From contig CBDBHB010000007.1 in NCBI GenBank assembly GCA_965205505.1, forward strand, positions 640,001-704,000: a DNA stretch of 64,000 bases. Direction: 5' to 3'. Positions 37,621 through 48,080 of the stretch are shown in pieces. Source of the DNA: Acidobacteriota bacterium. Its GTDB lineage: Bacteria; Acidobacteriota; UBA890; WLXD01. The translations under genes and the position numbers were made by a program. Every line of letters starts with the position of its first letter. The first letter of the stretch is position 1. Under the pieces are notes generated by a model that was given only the letters and a program-made list of their open reading frames with translations, had not been told where the DNA came from and did no database searches.

Positions 37621-38700
37621 TCAGAACAGGATGACGTTGCGCAGCGCGTCGCCCCGGTTCACCGCCGCGATCGCTTCGTTGATCTCTTCAAGCGGGTAGC
37701 GACCCGTAACGAGCTCGTCGAGCTTCAGCTCGCCTTGCTGGTAAAGACGTACCAGCTTCGGCACATCGACTTGAATCTGCACCGATCCCATCTTACTGCC
37801 GACGATGGTCTGTCCTGCGTCGGCCACATTGCCCATCTCGATCTCCGACATCTCACCGGTGGCCGGCATGCCGACGACCACCAGGGTGCCGCCGCGTCGC
37901 AGCAGCTTGAGCCCCTGCTCGAAGGCCGACGCGCTGCCCACCGTCACGAAGACGTAGTCGGCACCGCGTCCCGCGGTTAGGGAGCGAACGACCTCGGCGG
38001 CGGCGGCATCACCGCCGTTGACGCGATGGGTGGCTCCGAACGCTTGCGCCGCCTCGAGCTTCGTGTCCACGAGATCGATTGCGATGATGGGATGCGCTTC
38101 CGAGAGCCTCGCTCCCTGAACGCTGTTGAGACCCACGCCGCCCACACCGATTACCACGACGCTGCTGCCCGCCGGCACTTTGGCCGTGTTCGTTACCGCT
38201 CCCAGACCGGTGATGACTCCGCAGGCCAGCAATGATGCGCTCTCGAAGGCTATGTCGTCTGGAATGGCGACCAGCTGAGATTGGTCCACGACCACCTGCT
38301 CGGCAAAGGCGGCGGTGCGAAAGCCCTGGAAGATCGAGATCTCGTCGCGCGTCGTGAGCGGGCTTCTCTCGTGCAAGGGAAATGTCGTCTCGCACTGCGC
38401 CGGGAGGCCCTGGGAGCAGAAGTAGCAGCGCCCACACGAGCGCAGCAGCGTAACCACGACACGCTGACCCACCTCCACGAGCGTCACGCCCGGGCCGACT
38501 TCCTCGACCACGCCGGCCGCCTCGTGCCCGTAGATCACCGGCAGCGGCCCGCCCCACGCTCCCTCGATGGCGTATATGTCGGTATGGCAGATGGCGCAGG
38601 CCGCGAGCTCTACCTTGACCTCTCCAGCATGCGGTGGATCGAGGTCGACCTGCTCGACGACGAGTGGCTTGCCGAACTCGTGACACACAGCGGCTCTCAT
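37621..38700 (-). CDS. Zn-dependent alcohol dehydrogenase (MDR, class III-like)
   Basis: [34 protein letters not shown]. Confidence 0.92.
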   Translation of the reverse strand: MRAAVCHEFGKPLVVEQVDLDPPHAGEVKVELAACAICHTDIYAIEGAWGGPLPVIYGHEAAGVVEEVGPGVTLVEVGQRVVVTLLRSCGRCYFCSQGLPAQCETTFPLHERSPLTTRDEISIFQGFRTAAFAEQVVVDQSQLVAIPDDIAFESASLLACGVITGLGAVTNTAKVPAGSSVVVIGVGGVGLNSVQGARLSEAHPIIAIDLVDTKLEAAQAFGATHRVNGGDAAAAEVVRSLTAGRGADYVFVTVGSASAFEQGLKLLRRGGTLVVVGMPATGEMSEIEMGNVADAGQTIVGSKMGSVQIQVDVPKLVRLYQQGELKLDELVTGRYPLEEINEAIAAVNRGDALRNVILF

Positions 38701-38720
38701 GGCCGCATTGTATTCGCGAG

Positions 38721-41213
38721 CTATTCGTAGCGCAGCGCGGTCATCGGATCGATACGCGCCGCCCGCAGCGCCGGGATCGCTCCCGCCACCAGTGCCACCA
38801 CGCCGAGCACCGCGATCGATAGGCCGACCACCAGCGGATCGCTACCCTGCAGCTCGAACAATAGCGACTCCGCGGCCCGGCCCAGCGCCAGGGCGACAGC
38901 CAGGCCGACTGCGCAACCGATGAGCGCCATCCGGCCCAGCTGTTTGAACACCATGGCGCGCACGCGGCTGCCGTCGGCACCCAAAGCCATGCGAATACCG
39001 AACTCACGCGTGCGCTGGGAAACGGTGTAGTCGAGAACGCCGTACAACCCCACCGAGGCCAGCAGGGTAGCGAGCAGCGCGAAGGCACTCGACAGGGTCC
39101 CTAGGAAGCGGTCCAGGAAAACGCTGTCGTTGGCTTGCTGCTCGAGCGTGATGAGCCTCTCGACCGGCAGGTTGGGGTCGAACCCCTCAACAACGCCGGG
39201 AATAGCGCTGAGAACCTGCTGGGGATCACCTGCTGAGCGTAGGTAGAACGTGATGTTGCCAATACTCTCGTCCTGGAGATAGGGAGTGAAGAACATCGGC
39301 GGCACCACCTCCTTTACCTCCGCGTACTTAGCGTTCTGCACAACCCCGACGATCTCGAGATCGAGCTCGGCGCTCCGGCCGCCGTCCGTCGACATCCGCT
39401 TGCCCACGGCGCGTACCCCGTCCAGACCGAATTTCTCCGCGAAAGCCTCGTTCACCACCGCGACTCCCGGGGTGTCCATGGCGTCGTCCGTGGCGAACTC
39501 CCGACCCGCCATCAGGGGGATACCGAGCGTGCTGAAGTAGTCGGCACCGATGCGGTTCAGGCGGGCGCCGTTGTCGACATCCGGGCCTCACTCGAAACCC
39601 TCCACCGATACGCTATTTCCCCAGCTGTTGCCGCTCAGGATCGGTACCATCGCGGCAGTCACGCTGGTCACGCTGGGTATCGCCAACAGCGCCTCCTCGG
39701 CTCGCTGGAACAAGGCCTTCGACTCCTCCGGCTCGTAACCGTTGAGCTCCGGCGAAATGGCGAACGTAACGACATTGTCGGTCTGCACTCCGAGATCCAC
39801 CCGGCTGACGTTGAGCAGGCTCCTGACGAACAGCCCGGCGACCACCAGGAGCGCCGTCGACAGAGCAATCTGCGCGATGACCAGCGACCTACGAAAGCGC
39901 GCCGCATCGATATCGCCGGCCGCCTGACCGGCGTTCGATCGCAACACCGTGGACAAATCGGACCGGGTACTGTGCAACGCTGGGTAGAGCCCGAAAATGA
40001 CGCCGGTACCAAGCGCCAGGATGGCGGCGAACGCCACCACAGCTGGGCGCAGCTCGAGCGTGATGCTAGAGAGTCCACCCTCGGGCACGGCCGCCCCGAT
40101 TGCCGCCAGCGTCCATTGGGCGACCAACAGGCTGGCGATGCCGCCGAGCATCGCCAAGAGGCACGATTCCAGCAGCAGCTGGCGCAGGAGCTGCCAGCGA
40201 CTGGCGCCAATCGAGCCGCGGATGGCGATCTCCTGGTCGCGCTGGGCGCCTCGCGCCAGCAAGAGGTTGGCGATGTTGGCGCAGGCAATCAGCAGCACCG
40301 TGCCGGTGATCCCGAACAGCAGCAAGAGAGGCGTCCGCGCATCATCGTAGAATTCACTCTGCCCCCGGTGGCCCGGCTCGAAGAGCAGTTCCCTGGCGCG
40401 GAATCGTTCCAACGTCGCGTCGCTCATGCCCTCCTGCAGCTCGGCCTCCACGTCGCTGAGGATGGCCGCGTAGACGTTGTTGAGCTCCGCCCCGGCGCGC
40501 TCGATCGACACCCCCGGCTCGAGGCGACCGAACAGGTATGCCCAGTAGCCGCGGCGACTTTCGAATCCCGGCCAGGTCGGAAACATGGCGTTGCGGATGA
40601 ACACGTCGGGCTCGCTGCCGAACGTCGTGCCGCGAAACCCCTCCTGCGCGACGCCGACGATCGTCATCGAAACACCATTCGCGATGATCGTCTCGTTGAG
40701 CACGCCCGGATCGCCACCGAGGCGGTTACGCCAATAGTCGTGGCTCAAGACGGCGACGAAGTGCTCGCCGATGTTCTGGTCGTCGGCGGGGCCGAGAAGC
40801 CGACCCAGCGCCGGCCGCACGCCGAGCACACCGAAATAGGAGCCCGACACCAGCATCCCGGCCCCGTGCACAGTCTCGCCGTCCTGGGCCAGATTGGCGC
40901 CGAAGCCCATGTGCGCGGCGATACCCGAAAAGCCGGTCGCAGCGGCCTCCAGATCCTTGAACATCGGATGGCTGAACACCTCGTCGCAGTCGCCCGCGCC
41001 ACCGCACGACTGCGATCCGGGCTTCGGCCCCGGGTTGGCGAAGTTCACCAGGGTGCCCGGCTCCTGCACCGGCAAAGACTTGAGCAACAGCTGATCGAAA
41101 AGCGAGAAGATCGCCGCGTTGGCGCCGATACCGAGCGCCAGTGAGAGAATCGCCACAGCGGTGACGAAGGGCGTGTGGGACAGCGCACGGAGGGCGAACT
41201 TGATGGCGGTCAT
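38721..41213 (-). pseudogene. ADOP-like permease with an in-frame TGA at 39588-39590
   Basis: SVEGFE*GPDVDNGARLNRIGADYFSTLGIPLMAGREF is continuous in frame, joining ORFs 39588..41216 and 38721..39512. Confidence 0.85.
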
Positions 41214-41274
41214 CACTGGCTCTCTCGGGGACTCGCAGCGGGGCGTCGGCGAACGGTTTGGGGCGGTCGTTGGT

Positions 41275-41304
41275 TAGACGACCGGAACGCGGGGAGCGTT
41301 TGCA
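41275..41304 (-). promoter_or_regulatory. Candidate ECF promoter for the permease gene
   Basis: Minus strand TGCAAAC-N17-CGTCTA, about 60 nt upstream of the start. Confidence 0.5.
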
Positions 41305-41509
41305 CCAGCCTACTCAAACAGACCTCTGCGATCACGGCCCCTTCCGCTCTTTCTTCCGCAACCCACCGAGGATTAACGACCATGGCGATAGGCGCAGTGC
41401 TACTGGCGGCGATGCTGGCAGGGCCGGGCGGCAGCGCCCAGGCGGAGTTGTTCTACGAGGAGATCTTCTCGTTCTGGGAGATGGCCGAGTTCAAGTGAAC
41501 CTGCCTCCC

Positions 41510-44500
41510 TCAATCCGGACTCGTGACCCCCGCATCCTCTGGCTCGGCGTCCCACCACCAGAAGCGCGGCAGCTCCTTTTCCACCGGCCACAGCTGATTC
41601 AGCGTGTCGCCGTCATATAGCTCGCCGTTCTTCATAACCCAATGCACCGTGTTGGTGTTGTGGATGTCGTCGAGCGGGTTGGCGTCGAGCACCACGAGAT
41701 CCGCCAACTTGCCAGCTTCGAGGCTGCCGAGGTCCTGTTCGATGCCGATGATGCGAGCGCCGTCGATAGTCGCCGCCTGCAGCACCTCGCGCGCCGTCAT
41801 GCCACCCATGGCGAGCGCCCACATCTCCCAGTGATAGCCGAGCCCCTGAAGCTGACCGTGGCCGCCGACGCCGACCAGGCCACCGGCACGCTGGATCTTG
41901 GCGGCGTCGGCCGCCGCCTCATCGAAGTTGAACTCGTCGTCGCGAATCCAGCCACGACGGCGGCGTGACATCTCGTCGAGGCGGTTGTGCGGGTAGAAGC
42001 GATTGAGCTTCGGGTCGTCGTGTACCTCGGTCCGCGAGTAGAAATACTCTTCGGCGATCGTTCCGCCGTACTGCACTAGCAGCGTAGGTGTGTAGGCCGT
42101 CAGCGTCCGCGCGAAGAGCTCCACGACGTCTTTGAACAGCGGCGTGACGGGGAGCGTGTGCTCGTTACCGTGCATGCCGTCGATGGCGTGAGTGATGTCG
42201 AGGGCCAGGTTACGTCCGCCCTCGGTCGTGGGAATGAGCCCGAGCTCCTTCGACGCTTTCACCACCCACTGTCGCTGCTTTCGATTACCGACCATGTAGG
42301 ACTTGATGTTCCTGGTGCGGTAATGGCGCGTGTAGCGGCGCAAGTAGTCGAGCGTCGCCTCGTAGCTCTGGAAGTCGTTGGCGGAGAAGATACCGACGCC
42401 GGTCATCAACGCGCGCTGGCCCAGCGATTGCCCGGTTTCCACCAGATCCTGATAGGCGAGGTAGTCGTTGGTCGAGGTCTGCACGTCGAGGCCAGCGGTA
42501 ACGCCGTAGGCAAGGTTGGCGACAAGGCTCCAGTTCTGCGGCTCTAGCACGTCGTGGGTGCGGAACTCCCAATGTGCGTGCGTGTCGATAAAGCCCGGCA
42601 CGACGTACTTGCCGGCGATATCGAGCACACGGGCGCCATCCGGAATCTCCACCTGCCCACGTCGCCCCACCGCCACGATGCGGTTGTCGGTGACCACGAT
42701 GTCGGCGTCGGCGATGACCGTGTCGCCGGCCATGGTGATGGCGGTACCACCGCGCAGAACGATCGTCCCTTGCGGCACGGCGCGCGGGAACTCGAGGACG
42801 ACCTCGATCGAGTCGACGTGCTCCGCATCATCGCGCGGCGTGTGCGGCTCATCGTCGTCGGCGTCGGGCTCCTGGTCGGCGTCCGCGTCGCCGGCAGCCT
42901 GCTCATCGCTGGCGTCGGTTTCGGTGCCCGCGGAATCGTTGTCTGCCTCGTCACCATCCATCGGCTCGGGTGTGAAATCGATCGTATCGAAGGCACGCCG
43001 GTAGAACGTCGAGCCGATAGCCCAGGTGATCGTGTCGCCACCATCGGCCCATGCGAAGTAGTCGGCGCCGATGTCGGTAATCTGCTGAGCCGGCACCGAC
43101 GCGTCGCGAACGGAAACCTCCGGCTCGCCGGCGATCCGTGGCACGGCGACGACCCAGAGTTGGTTGTTCACCGAGGCGAGCGCCCAGTCACCGCCGGGTC
43201 GCAACAGCACACGGCTTGCCGCAGCAGGGCGCGGACCTCGAGACGGGCCGGTGACCTTCAGATGTACCCGCCGGTCAGTACCGTCGTATCGAAGCGAGAT
43301 CAGTCCGTCGTCGGAGTAGACGAAGATGCGCTCCGGATCGCTGGAGAAATGTGGCGCGCCGACACCGCGCGCCGGCACTACCAGCTCCACATTGCCGCCC
43401 TCGGCCGGTAGCCAGACGAGATCCAGCGGCAGGCGCAGACCGCCGAACTCGCTGAAGGTCTGGTGGCGCACGTACTCGTTGCCGCGTAGGCCGACGATGC
43501 GGGTCCCGTCAAGCGAGTAAGCGATGTCGGTGTAGAAGGCCGGGTGCTCGCTGAGCTGCTGAGGGGGACCGCTGCCGTCGGCGCGCATGCGCCAGATTTG
43601 CCCGCCGTCGTTCATCGACCACGTTACGAAGGCAATCCACTCGCCGTCGGGCGACCAGGCGGGCTTGAACTCCCAGGCATCGCCGGCCGTCAACCGTCGC
43701 GGGGCGGCGGTGGCAGAATCCAGCACGTAGATCTTGGTGAGCACCGACATCGCGATCCGCTGGCCGTCGGGCGACTGTTGCGGGTCCTGGATGAGCCGAG
43801 CGCGCACCGGCCCCTGCTCCAATCGGTAGGGGAACTCCAGCTCGGGGCCGATGTCGAGGGCGACGTCGGCAGTGAACGGAATGACCGAGGGGGCTCCGTC
43901 GGAGACACTCACGCGCCACAGCTTGCCGCCGGCGGTCACGACGACCGATTCGCCATCAGGGGTAAACGCGTAGCTCGGGAATGTGTCGCGGCTCGGCGCG
44001 CCGCCGCTCTCGATCTCGTCGCGCTGCACCGGCCAGATCAACCAGCGATCGGCGCCCGATTCGAGATTCCGAATCCGCAGCCCGGTGCGGGTTTCGTAGC
44101 GCGTGGCGTATACGAGTTGACTTCCATCGGGCGACAGCGCCGGCCGCACGGCGCTGTACTCCGCCTGGGTCAGCACATCGACGTCGCCGCTGCGCATGTC
44201 CATGCGCCCGATCTGCCAGCTCGGGAAGTTCGCGGCGCTACGGGTACCGGATTGGGAGAAGTACAGATAGCGACCGTCAGGCGACATCGCCGCTCCCAAT
44301 TGCGTTGGCCCCGTCGGGCCGCGACCGGGACCAGGGGTCGCTTCGCTAGGTTGCCTCGGCTTCCCCAGGGTCAGGCCCGAGCCGCCGTTGACGTGATACA
44401 TGCGCAGCTCGGATCGCGCATCGCGCCGCGTTACGATCACGTATTGACTATCGGGCGTCCACGCCGGCGAGATCATTGCCGCTCGGCGCTCCGACGACAG

Positions 44501-44914
44501 CTTGCGTGGGTCCGTGCCATCGGCGCGGGCGATCCACAGGTTGTTGCTGCCGTCGCGGTCGCTGATGAAGGCGAGCCACTGGCCGTCCGGCGACACACGC
44601 GGCTGGCTGTCGAAACCCATTCCTTCGGTGATCCGCGTCGCTGTGCCGCCACCGATCGGTAGCGTGTAGAGGTCGCCGAGCAGGTCGAACACCAGAGACT
44701 GTCCGTCGGGGAACACGTCGAGCGACAACCACGTTCCCTCGTTCGTGGTGAACTCGAGCTTGCCGGCGGGCTCCAATGGCAAGCCGTCATCACCGCCGGC
44801 CGAGCCTTGTTGGGCGCTCGCCACCGACGCCGCGACGATCAGGGCGCCGAGGGCGGCAAAGGCGAACGAAAGGCAGCTTGGACGCGAACGGAACGGAGCC
44901 AGGCTCAGCTTCAT
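41510..44914 (-). CDS. Secreted TolB/PD40 beta-propeller + amidohydrolase
   Basis: Repeated P..SPDG motifs, then PGFIDTHAH, GGHGQLQGLGYHWE, GKLADLVVLDANPLDDI. Confidence 0.9.
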   Translation of the reverse strand: MKLSLAPFRSRPSCLSFAFAALGALIVAASVASAQQGSAGGDDGLPLEPAGKLEFTTNEGTWLSLDVFPDGQSLVFDLLGDLYTLPIGGGTATRITEGMGFDSQPRVSPDGQWLAFISDRDGSNNLWIARADGTDPRKLSSERRAAMISPAWTPDSQYVIVTRRDARSELRMYHVNGGSGLTLGKPRQPSEATPGPGRGPTGPTQLGAAMSPDGRYLYFSQSGTRSAANFPSWQIGRMDMRSGDVDVLTQAEYSAVRPALSPDGSQLVYATRYETRTGLRIRNLESGADRWLIWPVQRDEIESGGAPSRDTFPSYAFTPDGESVVVTAGGKLWRVSVSDGAPSVIPFTADVALDIGPELEFPYRLEQGPVRARLIQDPQQSPDGQRIAMSVLTKIYVLDSATAAPRRLTAGDAWEFKPAWSPDGEWIAFVTWSMNDGGQIWRMRADGSGPPQQLSEHPAFYTDIAYSLDGTRIVGLRGNEYVRHQTFSEFGGLRLPLDLVWLPAEGGNVELVVPARGVGAPHFSSDPERIFVYSDDGLISLRYDGTDRRVHLKVTGPSRGPRPAAASRVLLRPGGDWALASVNNQLWVVAVPRIAGEPEVSVRDASVPAQQITDIGADYFAWADGGDTITWAIGSTFYRRAFDTIDFTPEPMDGDEADNDSAGTETDASDEQAAGDADADQEPDADDDEPHTPRDDAEHVDSIEVVLEFPRAVPQGTIVLRGGTAITMAGDTVIADADIVVTDNRIVAVGRRGQVEIPDGARVLDIAGKYVVPGFIDTHAHWEFRTHDVLEPQNWSLVANLAYGVTAGLDVQTSTNDYLAYQDLVETGQSLGQRALMTGVGIFSANDFQSYEATLDYLRRYTRHYRTRNIKSYMVGNRKQRQWVVKASKELGLIPTTEGGRNLALDITHAIDGMHGNEHTLPVTPLFKDVVELFARTLTAYTPTLLVQYGGTIAEEYFYSRTEVHDDPKLNRFYPHNRLDEMSRRRRGWIRDDEFNFDEAAADAAKIQRAGGLVGVGGHGQLQGLGYHWEMWALAMGGMTAREVLQAATIDGARIIGIEQDLGSLEAGKLADLVVLDANPLDDIHNTNTVHWVMKNGELYDGDTLNQLWPVEKELPRFWWWDAEPEDAGVTSPD

Positions 44915-44953
44915 GGATCTCCCTCTCGAGAACTGTGGTCCAGCAGGCCGTGG

Positions 44954-46849
44954 TCAGCTGACCGGGTATCCGAGCCGACCGAGGGCATCGGCGATCTCAT
45001 TCAGGATCGCCGGCTCATCGATCGTAGCCGGTATCTTGAACTCCTCACCAGCAGCGATCTTGCGCATCGTGCCGCGCAGGATCTTGCCGGAGCGAGTCTT
45101 GGGAAGACGCCGGACGATCGTTGCGACCTTGAACGAGGCCACCGGTCCGATCTGCGAGCGGATCATTTGCACGAGCTCGCCGATGATCTCGTCATTGGCC
45201 CGCTCGACGTTCGCCTTGAGCACGATCATTCCGACAGGGATCTCGCCCTTGATGGCATCGGGCACGCCCATCACCGCGCACTCGGCTACGTCCTGGTGCG
45301 CGGCGAGAACTTCCTCCATACCGCCGGTCGAGAGCCGATGGCCGGCAACGTTGATGATGTCGTCGGTGCGGCTCATGATCCACAAATAGCCGTCCTCGTC
45401 CTTGAAACCTGCGTCGGCGGTGGAGTAGTAACCGGGAAAGGCACTGAGGTACGTGTCGACGAAACCGTCGTCGTTGTTCCACAGGGTGGGTAGGCAGCCG
45501 GGCGGCAACGGCGTCTTGATGGCGATGCTGCCGCTCTTGCCGGCTGCGACCTCGTTGCCGGCGTCGTCGAGCACCCGCACGTCGTAGCCGGGGACGGCCA
45601 GGCCGCACGAGCCCGGTTTGACGGGCAGATCACCTAACCCAGCACAGTTGGCACCGATCGCCCAGCTGGTCTCCGTCTGCCACCAGTGATCGACCACCTG
45701 GACGCCGAGCTGCCGTTGCGCCCACTCGAGGGTGTCGGCATCGCAGCGCTCGCCGGCGAGGAACAGAGCCCGGAAACGGCTCAGGTCGTAACGCTGCATG
45801 AACTCGCCCTCCGGATCCTCGCGCTTGATGGCCCGAAATGCAGTGGGCGCCGTGAACATCACGTTGACCTTGTGGTCGGAGATGACCCGCCAGAATGCGC
45901 CGGGATCCGGCGTGCCTACCGGCTTGCCTTCGTACAGCACGGTGGTGCAGCCATGAAACAAAGGCGCATAGACAATGTAGGAGTGTCCGACGATCCAGCC
46001 GACGTCGGAGGCAGCCCAGTACACGTCGCCGGGGTCGACATCGTAAACGTTCTTCATCGTCCACTTGAGGGCCACTAAGTGGCCTCCATGGTCGCGCACC
46101 ACGCCCTTCGGAACACCCGTGGTTCCCGACGTATAGAGGATGTACAGCGGATCGGTGGCCGCGACCGGCAGACAATCGACGGGCTCCGCATCGGCCACCT
46201 CCCGCCAATCGACGTCGCGGCCATTCACCATCGTTGCCAAGGCCTGTGGGCGCTGCAGGATGATGCAGCACTCAGGCTTGAACGATGCTGTCTCGATCGC
46301 ACTATCGAGGAGCGGCTTGTATTCGATTACGCGCTCGACCTCGATGCCGCACGAGGCTGACACGATCACCTTGGGTTTGGCGTCGTCGATGCGAGTGGCG
46401 AGCTCGTTCGACGCGAAGCCCCCGAATACGACCGAGTGGATCGCGCCGATACGTCCGCACGCCAGCATCGCGATGATTGCCTCCGGAACGGCCGGCATGT
46501 AGATAATCACGCGGTCGCCCTTCTCGACCCCACGCGCCGCCAGCGCCCCGGCAAACCTGGCTACCCGATCCTGGAGCTCGGCATAGGTCAGACTCGTGGT
46601 GGTACCCGTGACTGGGCTGTCGTGCACCAGCGCCAGCTGCTCGGCGCGCCCCGACTCGACGTGCCGATCGACGGCATTGTAGCACGTGTTGACTAGAGCG
46701 CCGGGAAACCATCGGTAGAAGGGCGGGTTGGAGTCATCTAGCACGCGATCCCAGCGGCGATACCAGTGAATGTCCTCGGCGGCCTCGGCCCAGAACTCGG
46801 CCGGGTCCTGCAACGAGCGTGTGTGGAGGTCTGACTGGCGGCTCTCCAT
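44954..46849 (-). CDS. prpE: Propionyl-CoA synthetase
   Basis: YILYTSGTTGVPKGVVRD, VDHWWQTET, INVAGHRLSTG, LPKTRSGKILR. Confidence 0.85.
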   Translation of the reverse strand: MESRQSDLHTRSLQDPAEFWAEAAEDIHWYRRWDRVLDDSNPPFYRWFPGALVNTCYNAVDRHVESGRAEQLALVHDSPVTGTTTSLTYAELQDRVARFAGALAARGVEKGDRVIIYMPAVPEAIIAMLACGRIGAIHSVVFGGFASNELATRIDDAKPKVIVSASCGIEVERVIEYKPLLDSAIETASFKPECCIILQRPQALATMVNGRDVDWREVADAEPVDCLPVAATDPLYILYTSGTTGVPKGVVRDHGGHLVALKWTMKNVYDVDPGDVYWAASDVGWIVGHSYIVYAPLFHGCTTVLYEGKPVGTPDPGAFWRVISDHKVNVMFTAPTAFRAIKREDPEGEFMQRYDLSRFRALFLAGERCDADTLEWAQRQLGVQVVDHWWQTETSWAIGANCAGLGDLPVKPGSCGLAVPGYDVRVLDDAGNEVAAGKSGSIAIKTPLPPGCLPTLWNNDDGFVDTYLSAFPGYYSTADAGFKDEDGYLWIMSRTDDIINVAGHRLSTGGMEEVLAAHQDVAECAVMGVPDAIKGEIPVGMIVLKANVERANDEIIGELVQMIRSQIGPVASFKVATIVRRLPKTRSGKILRGTMRKIAAGEEFKIPATIDEPAILNEIADALGRLGYPVS

Positions 46850-46966
46850 CGCTGCTCCAATCGTCGGTGTCGCGGATCAGCACGCTGTATCGATCCCGGG
46901 GCGATCTCAGGGAAGATCGTCGGTTACCCGCGCTCGCGAACGCCAACCTTACACGCAGAAGCTCCC

Positions 46967-48079
46967 CTAGCGAGCGCCAGCGTCGACCTCGAAAGGCAGC
47001 TGCACCGGCGCGATGGTTGGCGTTCCGACGCGCTCCGTATCGAAAGGCTGGTCGAATAGCCGCGACAGGCTGTTGCCGGCTAGGTCCTCCAGAGCCGGGT
47101 CCACACGGAGGACGTAGGCACCCGGCGACCACGGCTCGTCGGGCGTGAACCCCCAGCGTCGATCCCCGTCGGACACCAGCGACCGACCGTGCACCTGCTC
47201 CCCACTCGATGACTCGACGGTGATGAGGCGCTCGAGCAGCGCGTGATCGAGTGGTTCAGGGAGCCAGAGCTCGACCGGCGCCCCAGGCGACGCGGGGGCG
47301 GATAGAGTCCAGCCGCCGGGCTCGGGACGAGATCGATCCGCCGGACCGACGATCCAAGTGCGATCAAAACCCTCGGCAAGGGGTGCGCTGTCGCCGTCGG
47401 GCCAGTCGGCAGAAACGCGTAGGGTAATCGTCCGCCCGGCGCGCAACGGGGCGCCCATGGCGAGGTTCGGCCCGACGTCCTGCTTGATGCGCCCCGGGTC
47501 GAAGAACAGCGTCAGGCGGTCGCCATCGGGACTCCAGAGCTCTTGCTCGGGAACAACGAAAGCCCCGCTGACAGCGTTGCCCTCGGCGTCCAGCAGCTCG
47601 AGGAACTCGCGCGCTCGGCCGCGACTCATCGGCGCGGAGAACTGCACGTACAGACGCAAAAGGTTCTCTGGAACCGCCTCCGCGTCCGGATACACGGCGC
47701 TTACCGTCGTCGTGGCCGTACGGTCGCGACGCGGCGCGGTAAACGAGCGCACCAGCGGCTCGGCGGCATCGCGCGACCAAACGGCAGTGTAGGTCTGGCC
47801 AGCGCCGAGTGGGTAGCGAGGGCGCCAACGCGCCACACCACGATCCACCGTCACCCCGCCGACGACCGGTTGCCGATTGGCGTCGAGTTGCTCGGGCGAA
47901 CCCGTGTAGATCGCCAGGTTCGGCTGGCCGGCGCCGGCTCCGGTCAGCTCTACATGCCAACCGGTCTCGGAATCACCGACGAAGCGCAACTCAGGCCTGC
48001 CGGTAATCGGATCCGCGCATCCGGCTAGCGCCGCGGCCGCGATCGACGTCGCGGCCGCGGCCAGCCGAATCTTGTTCAG
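46967..48079 (-). CDS. Uncharacterised lipoprotein with Ig-like repeats; probable CTG start
   Basis: The frame extends upstream of TTG 47989 to (CTG)NKIRLAAAATSIAAAALAGC with a lipobox. Motifs PENLLRLYVQFSAPM, LTLFFDPGRIK, EDLAGN. Confidence 0.75.
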   Translation of the reverse strand: MNKIRLAAAATSIAAAALAGCADPITGRPELRFVGDSETGWHVELTGAGAGQPNLAIYTGSPEQLDANRQPVVGGVTVDRGVARWRPRYPLGAGQTYTAVWSRDAAEPLVRSFTAPRRDRTATTTVSAVYPDAEAVPENLLRLYVQFSAPMSRGRAREFLELLDAEGNAVSGAFVVPEQELWSPDGDRLTLFFDPGRIKQDVGPNLAMGAPLRAGRTITLRVSADWPDGDSAPLAEGFDRTWIVGPADRSRPEPGGWTLSAPASPGAPVELWLPEPLDHALLERLITVESSSGEQVHGRSLVSDGDRRWGFTPDEPWSPGAYVLRVDPALEDLAGNSLSRLFDQPFDTERVGTPTIAPVQLPFEVDAGAR

Positions 48080-48080
48080 C

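Noticed and set aside
39588-39590. In-frame TGA as selenocysteine or Trp recoding
   Set aside because: TGA is a normal stop for many genes here, the site is a non-catalytic permease loop, no convincing SECIS hairpin was seen, and another gene has an in-frame TAA.
42840-42965. Acidic low-complexity stretch in the amidohydrolase
   Set aside because: An ordinary interdomain linker with no DNA-level periodicity.
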